The translations under genes and the position numbers were made by a program. A DNA stretch of 43,813 nt from Octopus bimaculoides (lineage: Eukaryota): contig NC_068991.1 of NCBI RefSeq assembly GCF_001194135.2, positions 40,909,997 to 40,953,809 of the forward strand, in the 5' to 3' direction. The notes beneath the pieces were generated by a model. That model searched no databases, was not told the DNA's origin, and was given only the letters and a program-made list of their open reading frames with translations. This document shows, in pieces, positions 24,592-35,330 of the stretch (its first letter is position 1; the number at the start of each line of letters is the position of its first letter).

Positions 24592-25206
24592 CTGGAAAAG
24601 TGTAAATTGACAGATTAAGATAGAAATGATGAATTCGATACCATCAATAAATAGTTTTCGTCTTGTACAATGTTGGTCAAGAACACAAGAAATGCTTTTA
24701 TCCATATAAATTCCTTCTAGACATAAAATTACACTTGATAGGAGTTGTAGGTCAGCACTGGTCTCATAGATTTATGATCAAAGACATTCCAGCCATAATC
24801 AATTCATCAGTTTTGTTAAATATAGTGTGTCTTTTCCCACATTATTCAATATGTTGTTTTTCAAAACAGTAGGTTATGATTTGAGGGAGATATGGTTACT
24901 GTTTCTACTAAGCTGATCAACTGTGTTGCTCCCATGAATACATGAAGCTTTTCAATCTTTACTACCTGTAATAAGAACAAGATGTTCTTGTATGTTGTTA
25001 GTAGTTATACCCTCACCATTCATAGCCCTTTTCTCCCTAATATTTTGACAGAGAATAAAAGTATAACTGCTCTTCAATTAATTTCTAGCACATGAAGAAC
25101 AAAATTATAGGATAGTTATAGGGGCTATAAACTTTTTCTGCTGCATGTAATTATCATCTTATTTTGAAGTTATAGATATTTATCAATTTTCCAACGAGAT
25201 TATAAA

Positions 25207-25550
25207 GAGTAAAGGGTAAAGACCCTCTTTGGTCACGAATGACCATGGGATGCACCTAGAAAGTTCCCTTCCAAGGCACAAGTCCAGGCAAGGTTGTTTT
25301 TATGGAAGACCAACAATTGCCCATGCATACCAGCCTCCCCTCTCTATGCCACCAATGTTATCCAAGGGAGAGTCAAAGGCCAATACAGCTTGGCACCAGC
25401 CATGTTGCAACTCATTTCTACAGTTGAGTGAACTGGAGCAATGTGAAATACAGTGTCTTGCTCAAGAACATAACACACAGCCCAGTCTGGGAATCAAATT
25501 CACTACCTCATGAGTGTGAGCCCGATGCTCTAACCACTGAGTCATGCACC
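25207..25550 (-). mobile_element. tRNA-derived SINE family C
   Basis: Head GGTGCATGACTCAGTGGTTAGAGCATCGGGCTCAC...GTGAATTTGATTCC with A/B boxes, followed by a non-tRNA body. Confidence 0.7.
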
Positions 25551-25814
25551 TTCATACACAACCAGATTATATATCTAAAAATAATGGAAGTTTACAACAG
25601 AAGTTTAGGGAAGCTAATAAACCTGCCTATTAACTTCCCTAATCAACAAATTTTCATTATTCTTATCATAGAATCATAGAAATCCTTTCTGGGTTTATAT
25701 CCATTCAATCATAGTAGAAAAGAGGACTAAATCTAGGTTAAAAAGTGATATGAGGGAAAATACATTTATGGATGAAATTGATCCAAAAATGAAAAGCGAA
25801 TACAAATTACTCAC

Positions 25815-25989
25815 AAGATTTATTGATAAGGAGCTTATCTAACTGAAGATCAGCTGAGGCACCATTTAAAATTCCTTTCAGGATGCTCATTACTTCTAGC
25901 TGTGACTGCTCATTCAATGAGAGTGCTGCCTTTATGAAGTCTTCTTGATGTTCCCCTTCAAGCCCAACTCTCAACATAAGGATAGCAAT
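25815..25989 (-). CDS. NuMA/HOOK-like gene, exon D, CH-like domain C-terminal half (IAILMLRVGLEGEHQEDFIKAALSLNEQSQLEVMSILKGILNGASADLQLDKLLINKS)
   Basis: Acceptor tttgatttatttcag|ATT, donor CTT|gtgagt; 175 nt open frame, phase 0 to 1. Matches the Hook-domain pattern L..L.L.......Q.+I..I..L....Q..VM..I and NuMA QAELAVILKFVL. Confidence 0.9.
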
Positions 25990-26829
25990 CTGAAATAAAT
26001 CAAATAGGGAACATAATGAACTTCAGAAGTAACAACAACATACACTTGAAATATATTATTATCTATTATAACTAATACACACCCAAATGTACTGGGGCCA
26101 CCATTTCTCTTTTACAACACCAGCACTTTTACTGTCACATAAAAAGGACCTACTACCAGTGGCGGATTGGAGATAAAATTAGTTGGGGTGCTGCTTCAGA
26201 AAATTTTAGCTGTTGTTTTAATATTGTGTAAAAGGAAACAAACATATAAAAAGAATATTTATACATAAACTTGATTGGTTTATGTTTTAGCCACTGCTGG
26301 GTAGTGTGCTTAATTTGTTCACTGAACACCGCCACGAATTCCCCCTTGTTTTTCAAAAATCACTGCTAAATCACAAAATAAGGGGTAAAATCTGCCCTAT
26401 TTTTCAAATCCTTAAGCTGGAAGCAGGATAATAATCTAATTCTACACTTCATCACATTCAAGAATATAAACATGTTTTTAAGCACAACACACATGGAGTT
26501 ACAAAGAAACACTACCTTTCACCAGCACTGCATGAATGACAGTGCTGTCTCTCCTTAGCATGAAGCTTCCTATCTCAGACATGTGAGCATGCGCACAACA
26601 GCCAAACACTGCATCACTTGACTGTGAAGTGCAGAGTTCTATACAAGGATTTGTTTGTTTTTTTCATAAACTATGGGATGGCTACTGACATAAAGCTTGA
26701 GGATTATATAATGTACAAGTATAAAGAAAGAATTAAAGAAAAAAGGACTCATTATATTGAATGTTATCAATAATATCAAGTGGAAATAGGGGATGCTGTA
26801 GTTCTGCAGTGCCTATATACAAGCCGCCA

Positions 26830-27005
26830 CTGCCTTGTACCCTCTGTAAAGCAGTTGGTGTTAGGAAGGGCAACCAGCAGTAGAAACCAAACCAAAATGA
26901 AACACAAGCTATAATAAAGTCTTCCAACCCATCTAAGTGAGTAAACCTGTGCAACCAACACCAGCATGGACAGCAGATATACATTGATGATGATGATGAT
27001 AATGA
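26830..27005 (+). mobile_element. Degenerate RTE-type 3' UTR with (GAT)n tail
   Basis: gttggtgttaggaagggcaaccagcagtagaaacc...ccagcatggacagcagatatacattgatgatgat. Confidence 0.6.
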
Positions 27006-27704
27006 TAACCAAAACAAGGAAATAACTATTGTTAATGTAGTTTTAATATTGATGAATAACTGATAGTTTTTTGTTTTGTTTTTTTAATATGTGACTATTT
27101 TTCAAGGTTTGGAAAATCCATAAGGTGGGAAATAAAACTATTTTAGTTTGTTTGAAGTGGAAAATTCCTCAATAAATATCAAAAGAAATGTCTGCAGAAA
27201 TTCCCCAATTTTTCCAATCAAAAGGTTGTAATATTATTTTATACTTTTCCAAGAGACAAAGATCACAACTTCTGAAACATTAATGTAGTTAGGTCTGGGC
27301 ATGTTCTACAAAGGACCAAATAATTTTATAAATTGTTGGATGATGAGAGAATGTTAACAATAACAATTGAAAAATTAAGTGGTCTATCACAGAATATTAA
27401 TGGTGCCAGAAGTGAATATCAGTTTAAATCTAACCATCTAGTATCATCATACTAAAGGGGGTATTGTGAAAAATGCCTTACTTTTCCAAGGAAGTTTTCA
27501 TACATTTTAGGCATTTTGCTCTTTCCTAGACAACAAAAGTAATTTTTCATAAAATAAATATTTATAGAGAAAAATCATCAGTGAAACTATACTTGTTAAG
27601 CAATAAAAATAATATTTTAAGATTGTCATCTTAAATTAGAGACTTGTAGAAAAACATGTGCAGACACACAGTATAAATACCTATGACATCCCTAAATAGC
27701 TTAC

Positions 27705-27772
27705 CTTAGCAAGGTCTACTTCATCATCTTTATCAAAATTTACTTGTTCAACATGACTTTGATCATATTTAT
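27705..27772 (-). CDS. NuMA/HOOK-like gene, exon C (DKYDQSHVEQVNFDKDDEVDLAK)
   Basis: Acceptor ttattttctag|AT, donor AAG|gtaagc; 68 nt, phase 1 to 0. DEVDLAK resembles NuMA SELELAK (from memory). Confidence 0.85.
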
Positions 27773-28909
27773 CTAGAAAATAATTTATGGTTTGTCTGTG
27801 AGTCATAATAGCAAGAGTTAAAGATCAAGTGGAAAAAGAGGAAGATTGTTATTTAACATTAACTAAAGAGTTGTTTTAATCTTATTACATTCATTCTGAT
27901 CTATGGTAATAAATATTACACACTTCTACAAATTAAGACATTTTGTATGAATGTTTTTACATGCCCCTATTTAATAATATGCTTATTTTCCTAACTGATC
28001 ACCAATCAAATAACAGTCATTATCAATTTATCAACTGGAAAGGGTGAAGTAAATAAAATAATGCACTTGTTAAAGGATATACTTCAATGCTTTATTGTGA
28101 ACTTGAGCTATGTAAGTGACTTGTTCTACTTTTCAATGATCATTTATTGTCAGAAAATGTAATTTCTCACTGCAACTTTTTCTTTCAGTTTCCTTCATTG
28201 GGAAGTGTCATGGAATACTGTTGCTTATCTCTGCTATCATGGCATTAATTAGTGAGAAACATTTCTCCCTATGGAGGTCCAATGAAAGTATTGGTTAAGT
28301 ACATGGTGCCCCAACTTCCCTGATTGTATCAAAGAGTGCTTGACACTCTGAGTGTTAAGTGTCTTTGTAAGGAAGCAGCAAAGTACTGGAGATAGTCTAC
28401 CAACTGTTGACCCTTTCACAAACAGGTTGATGTTCTAACAATTTTGCTCTCTGCAAATCTCTAACCAAAAGAGAAATTTGTTAAACTATATAATCAGATC
28501 ATATATCTAACTTCCAGTTAAATATAGACGTTCTAAATCTGCCTGACATCAGTCACAGTCTTATATCTATATCTATGGATATAGTTTAATATTTATCACC
28601 AGAAAATGGGATTCTTTGGTGGTCTATTTTCACATTTGCATGTGCGTACACACACACACTTCTAATTGTACTTGTTAAACTAGAGCTAACTGAAACAATG
28701 ACAAAATGAATGAGACAAAAGAAAAAAACAAAACAAATAGAGCAACAACAAAGTAAGGCAGCATACCCTCAATAAACTTCTTTATAATTTCAAAGCATTC
28801 TTTCTTAGTATTTAGATCATATGGAGTAGCTTTCCTATAAACATATATATATATATATATAAAATAAAAAAGAACAAGTGTTATTTTAGAAAATGCACTG
28901 ATAGCTAAC

Positions 28910-28953
28910 CTGTATTTTCACGAAGTTTGAAATTTTTGGAAGACGATAATTGA
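28910..28953 (-). CDS. NuMA/HOOK-like gene, exon B (QLSSSKNFKLRENT)
   Basis: Acceptor attttttcctttag|T, donor CAG|gttagc; 44 nt, phase 2 to phase 1, compatible with exon C. Confidence 0.6.
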
Positions 28954-30147
28954 CTAAAGGAAAAAATATGTTTAATGACTTAATAATATATATTTCACAA
29001 TAATTTATATCTAAGTCTTGAAAAATGTTGGCTACAGGTCTCATATTACAATTTGGGGCCTTAATCACATGTAGATTTGGTATTGATGATACATGACATA
29101 AAAACACTCAGCACTCAGTGAGCTTGTGGTCTAAATAAGTTGATTCACCTTAAGTCATTTAAATAGCTAAACTCTAGAAAAAGGATTCAATAGTAAAACT
29201 TACCATTCTTACCAACTTATTCTTTATAACTATAGAGTCTTAAATGATTAATTGTTTCTGAAGCATTGTGTTCAACTCTTTATAATACATAAAAGAAATG
29301 TTTATACATAACCCTTTAGCACTTAAATTACTAATGGATGTAATGCTTATTTATTCACACTGTTTTGAATTAATCCTGCATTGTCTTGTAACTTTGATAG
29401 TTTGATGCAATGATTATTTATTTTTAGAATGACATTGTAGGGTAGGTGTGAGAGGCTGAGTTTAATCAGTTTGAATATAAAACTGGTAGAATATTTGGGC
29501 CAGATATGGCCAGTTTAAATAACTCCCACTATATCATTACAAACACTAATTTTATCAAATACTCCTCACTACTCTCATGCTTTTTGATGATTAACTCTTT
29601 TTAGTTAGTTATCATCATCATAGGATCCCTCGTAATGAAATAAAACATCCAACTACAGGTGGATATCTGTGCATAATGAGGTAAATTGGAATATACTACT
29701 ATTTATCACAATCACCTTTCATGAACCTGTAGTAAGAACTAGTTTTCTATTGCCCTCACCTGTTCTACACAGGGAGTTGAACTAAGTACTACAAAATAAC
29801 AATTTTTTAATACAGCAACAACTTAATATCAAGTTGTTCCTACTCTACATTATCTAATTACAGCCAGGTAGGCGAGACTGTTTAAGAACAATATTTAAAG
29901 CAAGTGTTCTTGTGTAAGGTACATAACTCTGCCTTAGTTTATCTAACTGACAAGTTCCAGTCTTATTTCATAGCTAAGTAGTTGGCAATAGTTAAGCAGT
30001 AAACTTTACAATATGGAATATGTTAAAACTACCATCTCATCCTATGATGGTGGAAAAACTGAGGTAAAGTAATTCATTAAGAAAAGGTGATAAATCTGTT
30101 TACATGAATAAGTAATACAAACTACTATTTTAAGAGACAATACTTGC

Positions 30148-30233
30148 ATTTTGTTTAATAAAACAGTAGACTGCTCTCCTTCTTTCATATTATGTAGGGA
30201 TTCTATGAGAAAGCTTGAATTTATTTCCTTCAA
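30148..30233 (-). CDS. NuMA/HOOK-like coiled-coil gene, exon A (LKEINSSFLIESLHNMKEGEQSTVLLNK)
   Basis: Strong acceptor (cactttttttttttccag|TTG) and only one open frame. It joins in frame to the next exon only via a GC donor (AT|gcaagt at 30147); the alternative GT donor is at 30143. Confidence 0.55.
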
Positions 30234-30413
30234 CTGGAAAAAAAAAAGTGAAAACAAATATCGTTCTGATGTCATACACGATTCATTTCCTTTTCTAATA
30301 TACCATTATCACCATCACCATTATACATCTATTTGTCTATGTTTACGTGGGTTAGATGGGTTAAGACTAAATTGATCAAAAACATTTTACAAAAAACCAG
30401 ATTTTACAATTAC

Positions 30414-30560
30414 CATTTTGTTACATCAGGTTTGTACTACTATATTTCACTTTTTAAAATGATACTTTCCTCCCTTTCGTTTGATTCTCGCGTTTCCAGC
30501 GAATGACCTTTTTTGTCAGCTTCACTAATTCCGCTTTCTGGGTCATAAAACGAAACATCG
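30414..30560 (-). promoter_or_regulatory. Candidate 5' exon/TSS region ending in ATG|gtaatt
   Basis: CpG-containing unique sequence at the edge of the CpG-depleted gene body. acaaaATG|gtaatt (ATG 30416-30414) would splice in phase 0 to exon A. Confidence 0.3.
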
Positions 30561-30804
30561 CCTCAGAGGCTTATCAAGAAGGGAAAGCAGCAGCCCTCCA
30601 ATATAATATTTCCTCTGACCTACCATGCTTGTTAAAGAGTGGGTGTCAAACATCTCTATCCCAGGGTGCACACAACCCTTGCTACACCTACAGACAGGGG
30701 TTTCTCCTTGCAATAGCAACTTTTCCAACGAAACAACTCTACCTACTGTAGTATGGAAAGAGGATGCAAAAAAATGTATTTATCAGAAAACAATATTTGA
30801 AATG

Positions 30805-30913
30805 GAATCGTTAGCACACCGGCCAAAATGTTTATTTTCGTCCGTCTTTACGTTCTGAGTTAAAATGCCGCCAAGGTCGACTTTGCCTTTCATCCTTTCA
30901 GGGTCGATAAAAC
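30805..30913 (+). mobile_element. SINE family A, CpG-intact, cut by a gap
   Basis: gaatcgttagcac...gtcgactttgcctttcatcctttcagggtcgataaa. Confidence 0.85.
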
Positions 30914-31879
30914 NNNNNNNNNNNNNNNNNNNNNNNNNNNNNNNNNNNNNNNNNNNNNNNNNNNNNNNNNNNNNNNNNNNNNNNNNNNNNNNNNNNNNNN
31001 NNNNNNNNNNNNNNNNNNNNNNNNNNNNNNNNNNNNNNNNNNNNNNNNNNNNNNNNNNNNNNNNNNNNNNNNNNNNNNNNNNNNNNNNNNNNNNNNNNNN
31101 NNNNNNNNNNNNNNNNNNNNNNNNNNNNNNNNNNNNNNNNNNNNNNNNNNNNNNNNNNNNNNNNNNNNNNNNNNNNNNNNNNNNNNNNNNNNNNNNNNNN
31201 NNNNNNNNNNNNNNNNNNNNNNNNNNNNNNNNNNNNNNNNNNNNNNNNNNNNNNNNNNNNNNNNNNNNNNNNNNNNNNNNNNNNNNNNNNNNNNNNNNNN
31301 NNNNNNNNNNNNNNNNNNNNNNNNNNNNNNNNNNNNNNNNNNNNNNNNNNNNNNNNNNNNNNNNNNNNNNNNNNNNNNNNNNNNNNNNNNNNNNNNNNNN
31401 NNNNNNNNNNNNNNNNNNNNNNNNNNNNNNNNNNNNNNNNNNNNNNNNNNNNNNNNNNNNNNNNNNNNNNNNNNNCTCATTAACATTCGGGTATTCTTTC
31501 AGTTTATAACCACAAATTCAAAGTGGAAAAAATATCGTATTGAAATTTTGGAAAAAAAAAAATAAAATGAAAGTTTGAAAAAAATTTTTTTAGAATAATA
31601 ATCTCTATATTTTAAATGTCAAAATGTTCCTTAACACAAACATTTTCGAAAATAGTTAGAAAACAATAATATCGGGGTGGGGGTGGGGGTAAAATTTTTG
31701 AAAACGAGGAGGGGTGCAAAATCGTAATGTTGTTGAAAATATACAGAACTAAAAACACAGGAGCAGGACATTGCTGCATAGCGCCAATATTTCCACCTTC
31801 ATTTCTTGACCAGAAACCGAAAAAAAGCACTATTTGATATACTTTTGGATAGTTAATAGTCATGCTTTGTACATATTGG

Positions 31880-32070
31880 TTTCAAATTTTGGCACAACGC
31901 CAGCAATTTCAGGGTGACCCTAGAGCTTAAGTTGTACCTATTTTATTGACCCCGAAAGGATGAAAGGCAGTCAACCTCGGAAGAATTTGAACTCAGAACA
32001 TAAAGACGGACGAAATGTCGCTAAGCATTTCATCCGTCTTTACGTGCTAACAATTCAGCCAGGTCACGCT
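31880..32070 (-). mobile_element. SINE family A
   Basis: gaccccgaaaggatgaaaggcagtcaacctcggaagaatttgaactcagaac core. Confidence 0.8.
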
Positions 32071-32273
32071 TTATGCTTTGTACATATTAATTTAGGGTTA
32101 TTTAAATTTTGTTTTTTATGTCCAGAAAATGAATAAGTAACGATGAAAATATATTATAAACAGTATCGGGAGGTACTAAACAATTGTTATAATTTGCAAT
32201 AAATGAGTGAAAAGGAATATATTTTTACAAAAGAAAAACAAACAGAAAAAATATCAATGCAGCATCAAGTGCT

Positions 32274-33345
32274 TCAATTGAACCTACTGAAATAAGCCAA
32301 TATGCTCGCGGCATTACCACAGTCGATGGCGAGGCTAAGGCGTTGGTATAGCCAAGCACCCTCACGGACATCACCTGACACCTTGGTAAGGTGTGCTGCC
32401 AACGATGACAAGAGCTTCGCCGTTAGTAGCCCACCCTCTCGAAACGTCTCAAACGCCACAAGCTGGAAGTGACAGTTCACTGCCAGGTCCCGATACTTCA
32501 GGGTCTTGTTCCGTTCGGCTACGGAAGCAGTGGGTGACCCTCCCATTTACTGCGGTGTCCAGGACGTGGGAGGAAGCAAAAGAGTCACAGACTGTGCCGT
32601 CTCAGATGAGGTACCTACCTCTTACCCAAGGACAGAGAGTAAGACCATTTGGTCTCTTTCCATCACTTCTGGATAATCTGCCGGCTCCAGAACTGAGGGG
32701 ATATTAATCCGCATCAGGGCCCGCTTAATGATGAAGTTTAAAGTTTAGCTCGGTGTGACGAGCGAAACTACCAGCATTAGGCAGCAAGACAGACCATGAA
32801 AACCTGTGGAGTCGAGGGATCTACCACAGCAGACATCTCAGTCTCCTACAGACGTCAGCTCCCACTCTCGAGTGCGACGGAGATATGGAGCTCATCTAGA
32901 CTGAGTAGACTTCCAATGTTTAATCCAGTCCCCCGAGAATTTTGCACTAGTAGAAAGTAGGCGACACCTTGAAAATTGATCAGATTGAGCAAGGAGAGAG
33001 TTGAAAGTGGTATCAGAACGCAGATTGTCCCATACTCACTACTTCTGTCTATTCTCAACTGTAGCAGGAACTGACAAACACAGCTCTCTCCACTGTAACA
33101 GAGCTTCATCCATCTCCCTGTGGGAACTAGTCCATGTTGGAGAGAAGATATTACCTACTAAAGGGGAGCAAGCGTGGATGGCGAAAAAACAGAGAAGAGA
33201 TAGAGACGAGCACTTGCGCAGATCAAGACCCCCAAACCGTTTGGGCAAAGCAGCTTGGTCGTGGGACTCTGGAAAAAGTCTGACATTGACCAAACGTTCG
33301 AGTTTCCTGAAGATTAAGGTCGTCAAAGCGTTGGAGAGACGATGA
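32274..33345 (-). mobile_element. CRE-clade non-LTR retrotransposon 3' fragment (CCHC knuckle plus RLE)
   Basis: AALPKRFGGLDLR...ISVAL.RVG..VC....C.CG..LD..GFHGLSC....ARH.ELN.IIKRAL..IPSVLEP.GL.RSDGKRPNGLT..PW..AE.NK..KY.DL..VAFET..LYQRLSLAI..GNAASIL, with frameshifts. Confidence 0.88.
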
Positions 33346-33829
33346 AAATCTATAAGGGATTAATTCTGAGAAAATAATTATGAATGTAATCACAAAATAT
33401 TTGGTGGCTTCAACTTAACGACAATGTCACGCGGGCAATATCTAGCTGCCGCTCTACTGTTCACAATTTCCCTTTTGTTTCTTAAAAGTTCGTACATTTT
33501 TTTTTTTTTTTTTTCCCAATTAAGTTAACATCGTCTTATTTATACTAGATAAGGTATTAATTATTGCATGGATCTAAGTATTTAAGGAGTAGATCGTGCA
33601 ATTTCCTGTAAGTCAGACTGTCTCATGACTCCAGCAGACAATTGGAAAAGCCGTTGCCTCACAGGATGGCGAGGGAGATGGGCTGGAACAGCCACTTTGA
33701 CTCACAGGACTCGCACTTGCTGACAGTCATCCCCGCCAGTTTCATTTTGTAAGAAATCATTTTTATTGTTTGTTTTTTTTGCAACGTAAAACCCCTACAC
33801 TTTTCATGAGGTTTTGGAAACTTTATCTT

Positions 33830-34195
33830 TTACCTTTTACCTGTTTCAGTATTAGGACTGCCGCCATGCTGGGGCACTGCCTTGTAGGGTTTGTCGAACA
33901 GATCGTCCCCAGTACTTATTTTTAAAATCTGGTACTTATTCTATCAGTCTCTTCTGCTGAAGCATGAAGTTACGGGGACGTAAACAAGCCAACACCGGTT
34001 GTCAAGTGGTAATGAGGGACACTCACACACAATGGGCTTCTTTCAGTTTCTGTCAACCAAATCCACTCACAAGACATTGATCGGCCCGAGCTATAGTAGA
34101 GACACTAGCCTAAATATCCACGCAATGGAAATAAAGCCAGAACCATAGGGTTGAGAAACAGACTTATTACCACACAGCTGCGCTTGCGACTTCCT
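33830..34195 (-). mobile_element. SINE family B copy
   Basis: Aligns with 34250-34653. Confidence 0.8.
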
Positions 34196-34249
34196 TTAAA
34201 AAAATGGGAACACATGTTACTTCCAATGTGTAGTGACTCTATCTTTCTT

Positions 34250-34441
34250 TTATTTGTTTCAGTCATTTGACTGCGGCCATACTGGAGCACCACCTTTAGT
34301 CGAGCAAATCGACCCCAGGACTTATTCTTTGTAAGTTTAGTACTTATTCTATCGGTTTGTCTTGCCGAACCGCTAAGTTACGAGGACGTAAACACACTAG
34401 CATCGGTTGTTAAGCGATGTTGGGGGGACAAACACAAACAT

Positions 34442-34491
<50 letters not shown>

Positions 34492-34653
34492 GACGGGCGC
34501 CTTTCAGTTTCCATCTCCCAAATCCACTCACAAGGCTTTGGTCGACCCGAGGCTATAGTAGAAGACACTTGCCCAAGGTGCCACGCAGTGGGACTGAACC
34601 CAGAACCATGTGGTTGGTAGGCAAACTACTTACCACACAGCCACTCCTGCGCC
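34250..34653 (-). mobile_element. tRNA-derived SINE family B, near-complete, with internal (AC)n(AT)n
   Basis: Head GGCGCAGGAGTGGCTGTGTGGTAAG, B-box GGTTCAGTCCC; CpGs intact. Confidence 0.88.
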
Positions 34654-34799
34654 CGTTTTTTTTTTTTCTTGTATGATTTCTGTTGCGTCGCCTCTACAAG
34701 AACAATCTGGTGAAACCATGTGGATGAAATAAATATCAGAGAAGCTTTCTACCACACAGAAACTGCAGAAGCTACTTAAAGATATTTATTGGCCTTGTT

Positions 34800-35330
34800 C
34801 AGATAGTGACTAAACTATCACCATGTTAGAAACCCTTCTGTACTTTCAGCAAGGATCCAAGTGTCGCAAGTATTTTGGCCCTTAGCCTGTACGCTTCGCC
34901 TGAGCAGGACAGTGAGGCCTTCGTCTTCAGAAAGCTTCTATCTGCAGTCTCTTAACAACTACAACCACCTTGAATTGGCCGCAGCTGTCATGGTTATTCT
35001 TATGATGGCTTTCGTCAATTGTTTAGGTTCCAAACTAATCTCTTACAGAAAATAATGCACTTATGTTACTGAGAAACTGATTGCTGACTTCAATAGGAAA
35101 CGAGGCTGTCAGCCATCCTTTGACCAGAGCCTCATTAAGCATGTCCAGATATTTAGCTTTCTTCAGTTGGTGAGAAATATCAAGTCTGTTCTCCCAAGGC
35201 AGTAGAGGTTTAGCAACAACGATCATTAATGAGCTCATGGATAGAAGAAACATGTTTGATCAAAGTAATGTCACTACCATTTCTTACAGAAAGAGAAATC
35301 TAGCCATCAGATCCATTTGTATCTCTCAGT
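34800..35330 (-). mobile_element. HERO (R2-like) clade non-LTR retrotransposon 3' fragment
   Basis: D.EIQMDL..RF.F..E.V.T....LPWENRLDISHQLKKAKY.D...EAL.KGW...FPIEV...AANSRWL matches the HERO RLE pattern (ELTVPWE...KY...GW...PIEVGCRG...SRWLW). Confidence 0.78.

Noticed and set aside
25480-25550. tRNA-like sequence
   Set aside because: It is a SINE head with a degenerate B-box and no complete cloverleaf.
28398-28458. Minus-strand peptide LLEHQPVCERV, resembling NuMA ILKQPVSERL
   Set aside because: Weak splice sites, short match and an in-frame stop soon after; probably chance, though worth checking if a missing exon is sought.
29759-29787. Micro-exon candidate (gtag|TACTTAG...CAG|gtgagg)
   Set aside because: Its only open phase (1 to 0) is incompatible with the neighbouring exons.
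33624-33670. SECIS-like ATGA...AA...GA pattern
   Set aside because: Helix II does not pair and there is no selenoprotein context.
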